This document shows positions 63,160 through 64,000 of a stretch of DNA of 64,000 nt, one piece after another (within the stretch, counting starts at the first letter, position 1; each line of letters starts with the position of its first letter). The translations under genes were made by a program, and so were the position numbers. Origin of the DNA: an uncultured delta proteobacterium (lineage in GTDB: Bacteria; Desulfobacterota; Zymogenia; Zymogenales; Zymogenaceae); assembly GCA_963735595.1 (NCBI GenBank), contig CAVTLK010000005.1:736001-800000 (forward strand), written 5' to 3'. The notes under the pieces were generated by a model. The model worked only from the letters and a program-made list of their open reading frames with translations. It did not search any database and was not told the origin of the DNA.

Positions 63160-64000
63160 ATGGATAGTTCCCGTAGTAAGAGCCTCGCCATAGTTTTCGT
63201 TTTGTTCCTTGCGGTATCCTGCGCCGGCCTGCCGGTCTCTCAGACGCCTACGACGCCCCCGCTCTGGTCCACCCCCGTCTTCGAACGGCTCCTGGCCGCC
63301 GTCGACGGGGCCGAGGGGCCGCCCTTTGATGCCATCAGGCAGATACTCGACGAACGGATAGTCCGCGCGCCCGTGTTTCCCCCCGCGACCGAAAAGATCC
63401 GGTCCGACGAGCTCTTCCTGCTCTCGCCCCGCAACACGGCGATCCGGCACTCCGCCTGGGACAGGACGTTTGCCTGGAACTGGGCCGAAGGCGGGAGCAG
63501 CTACATCCTGCACGCCTATTCGAAGGACGATGAGGTCTTCAGCCGGCGGATGGGGGACGCCCGCCACGCGTTCGTGTCCGAGCATGACGCACCATTTGTC
63601 CCCGGGGTCGTCTATTCGTGGGACGTGTCTCTGTGCGTCGAGCGGTGTAACCTGCACCTTTCGTCACGGGCGGCGCTTCGGCCGACGTTCCTAATCCTTT
63701 CGGCGGCACAAATCGTGGCGATTGAAAACAACCTCTCGGCGGTGGCCGCGTGGTGTGAGGGGGCGGGGATCGCCCGATCCGAGGAAGGGATTGCCCTTTC
63801 CGCGCTCACGCTGGAGTCGGGGCGTCTCCTGCTGGAAGAACAACTGCTGCTCGTAAAAGAGCTGAAAAAACGGCCGAACTCGGTGCTGCTGCACCTGATC
63901 TACTCGGGGGCGCTCTCTGCGATGAACTCACCATACGGCGCCCGGGATGAATACGAGAAGGCCCGGAAGCTGTACGAAAAGGAAGCGGGAACGCCGCTAC
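63160..64000 (+). CDS. Lipoprotein of unknown function, runs off the window
   Basis: Open frame from MDSSRSKSLAIVFVLFLAVS-C (lipobox) to the window end; missing from the ORF track because it has no stop in the window. Confidence 0.65.
   Translation, partial: MDSSRSKSLAIVFVLFLAVSCAGLPVSQTPTTPPLWSTPVFERLLAAVDGAEGPPFDAIRQILDERIVRAPVFPPATEKIRSDELFLLSPRNTAIRHSAWDRTFAWNWAEGGSSYILHAYSKDDEVFSRRMGDARHAFVSEHDAPFVPGVVYSWDVSLCVERCNLHLSSRAALRPTFLILSAAQIVAIENNLSAVAAWCEGAGIARSEEGIALSALTLESGRLLLEEQLLLVKELKKRPNSVLLHLIYSGALSAMNSPYGARDEYEKARKLYEKEAGTPL

Noticed and set aside
63130..63160. ggaaac-ttcc-gaaa-ggat, resembling the c-di-GMP-I riboswitch P1/P2 region
   Set aside because: Lacks the following GCAAA junction and second hairpin, and overlaps the RBS.

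Overview
GC-rich bacterial chromosome segment whose gene content suggests an anaerobe, possibly Desulfobacterota/delta-proteobacteria-like (not provable here). In order: (i) a secreted protein with four copies of one domain and a structured non-coding region; (ii) a ~9.6 kb phage-derived cassette (2007-11585) with siphovirus neck, tail-tube, tail-tip and complete lysis genes, but no integrase, replication, terminase, portal, capsid or tape-measure gene; (iii) housekeeping genes (crotonase, corA, plsC) and a 13-aa-repeat membrane protein; (iv) an Rrf2-led sulfur/Fe-S/Cys/Met operon (nifS-nifU-mnmA-fdhD-metY-cysK-metX-metW); (v) a copper module (HMA/TauE/cupredoxin, copA, DUF2318), a UroD-family gene and a hybrid kinase with a degenerate ATP lid; (vi) an organoarsenical-type ars operon; (vii) an Rrf2/4Fe-4S/HD/hemerythrin-PAS operon and a MoxR-VWA pair; (viii) a 7-gene amino-sugar operon headed by an AAC(3)-family acetyltransferase; (ix) an acyl-CoA/polyene reduction cluster with a spinster-like MFS. 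Many genes are broken by single-base indels, often in homopolymers, which most likely reflect sequencing/assembly errors. The best candidates for an undescribed system are the head-less, tape-measure-less tail-tip plus lysis cassette and the AAC(3)-led amino-sugar pathway. No tRNA, rRNA, CRISPR array or transposase was seen. All family calls come from visible motifs; no database search was run.
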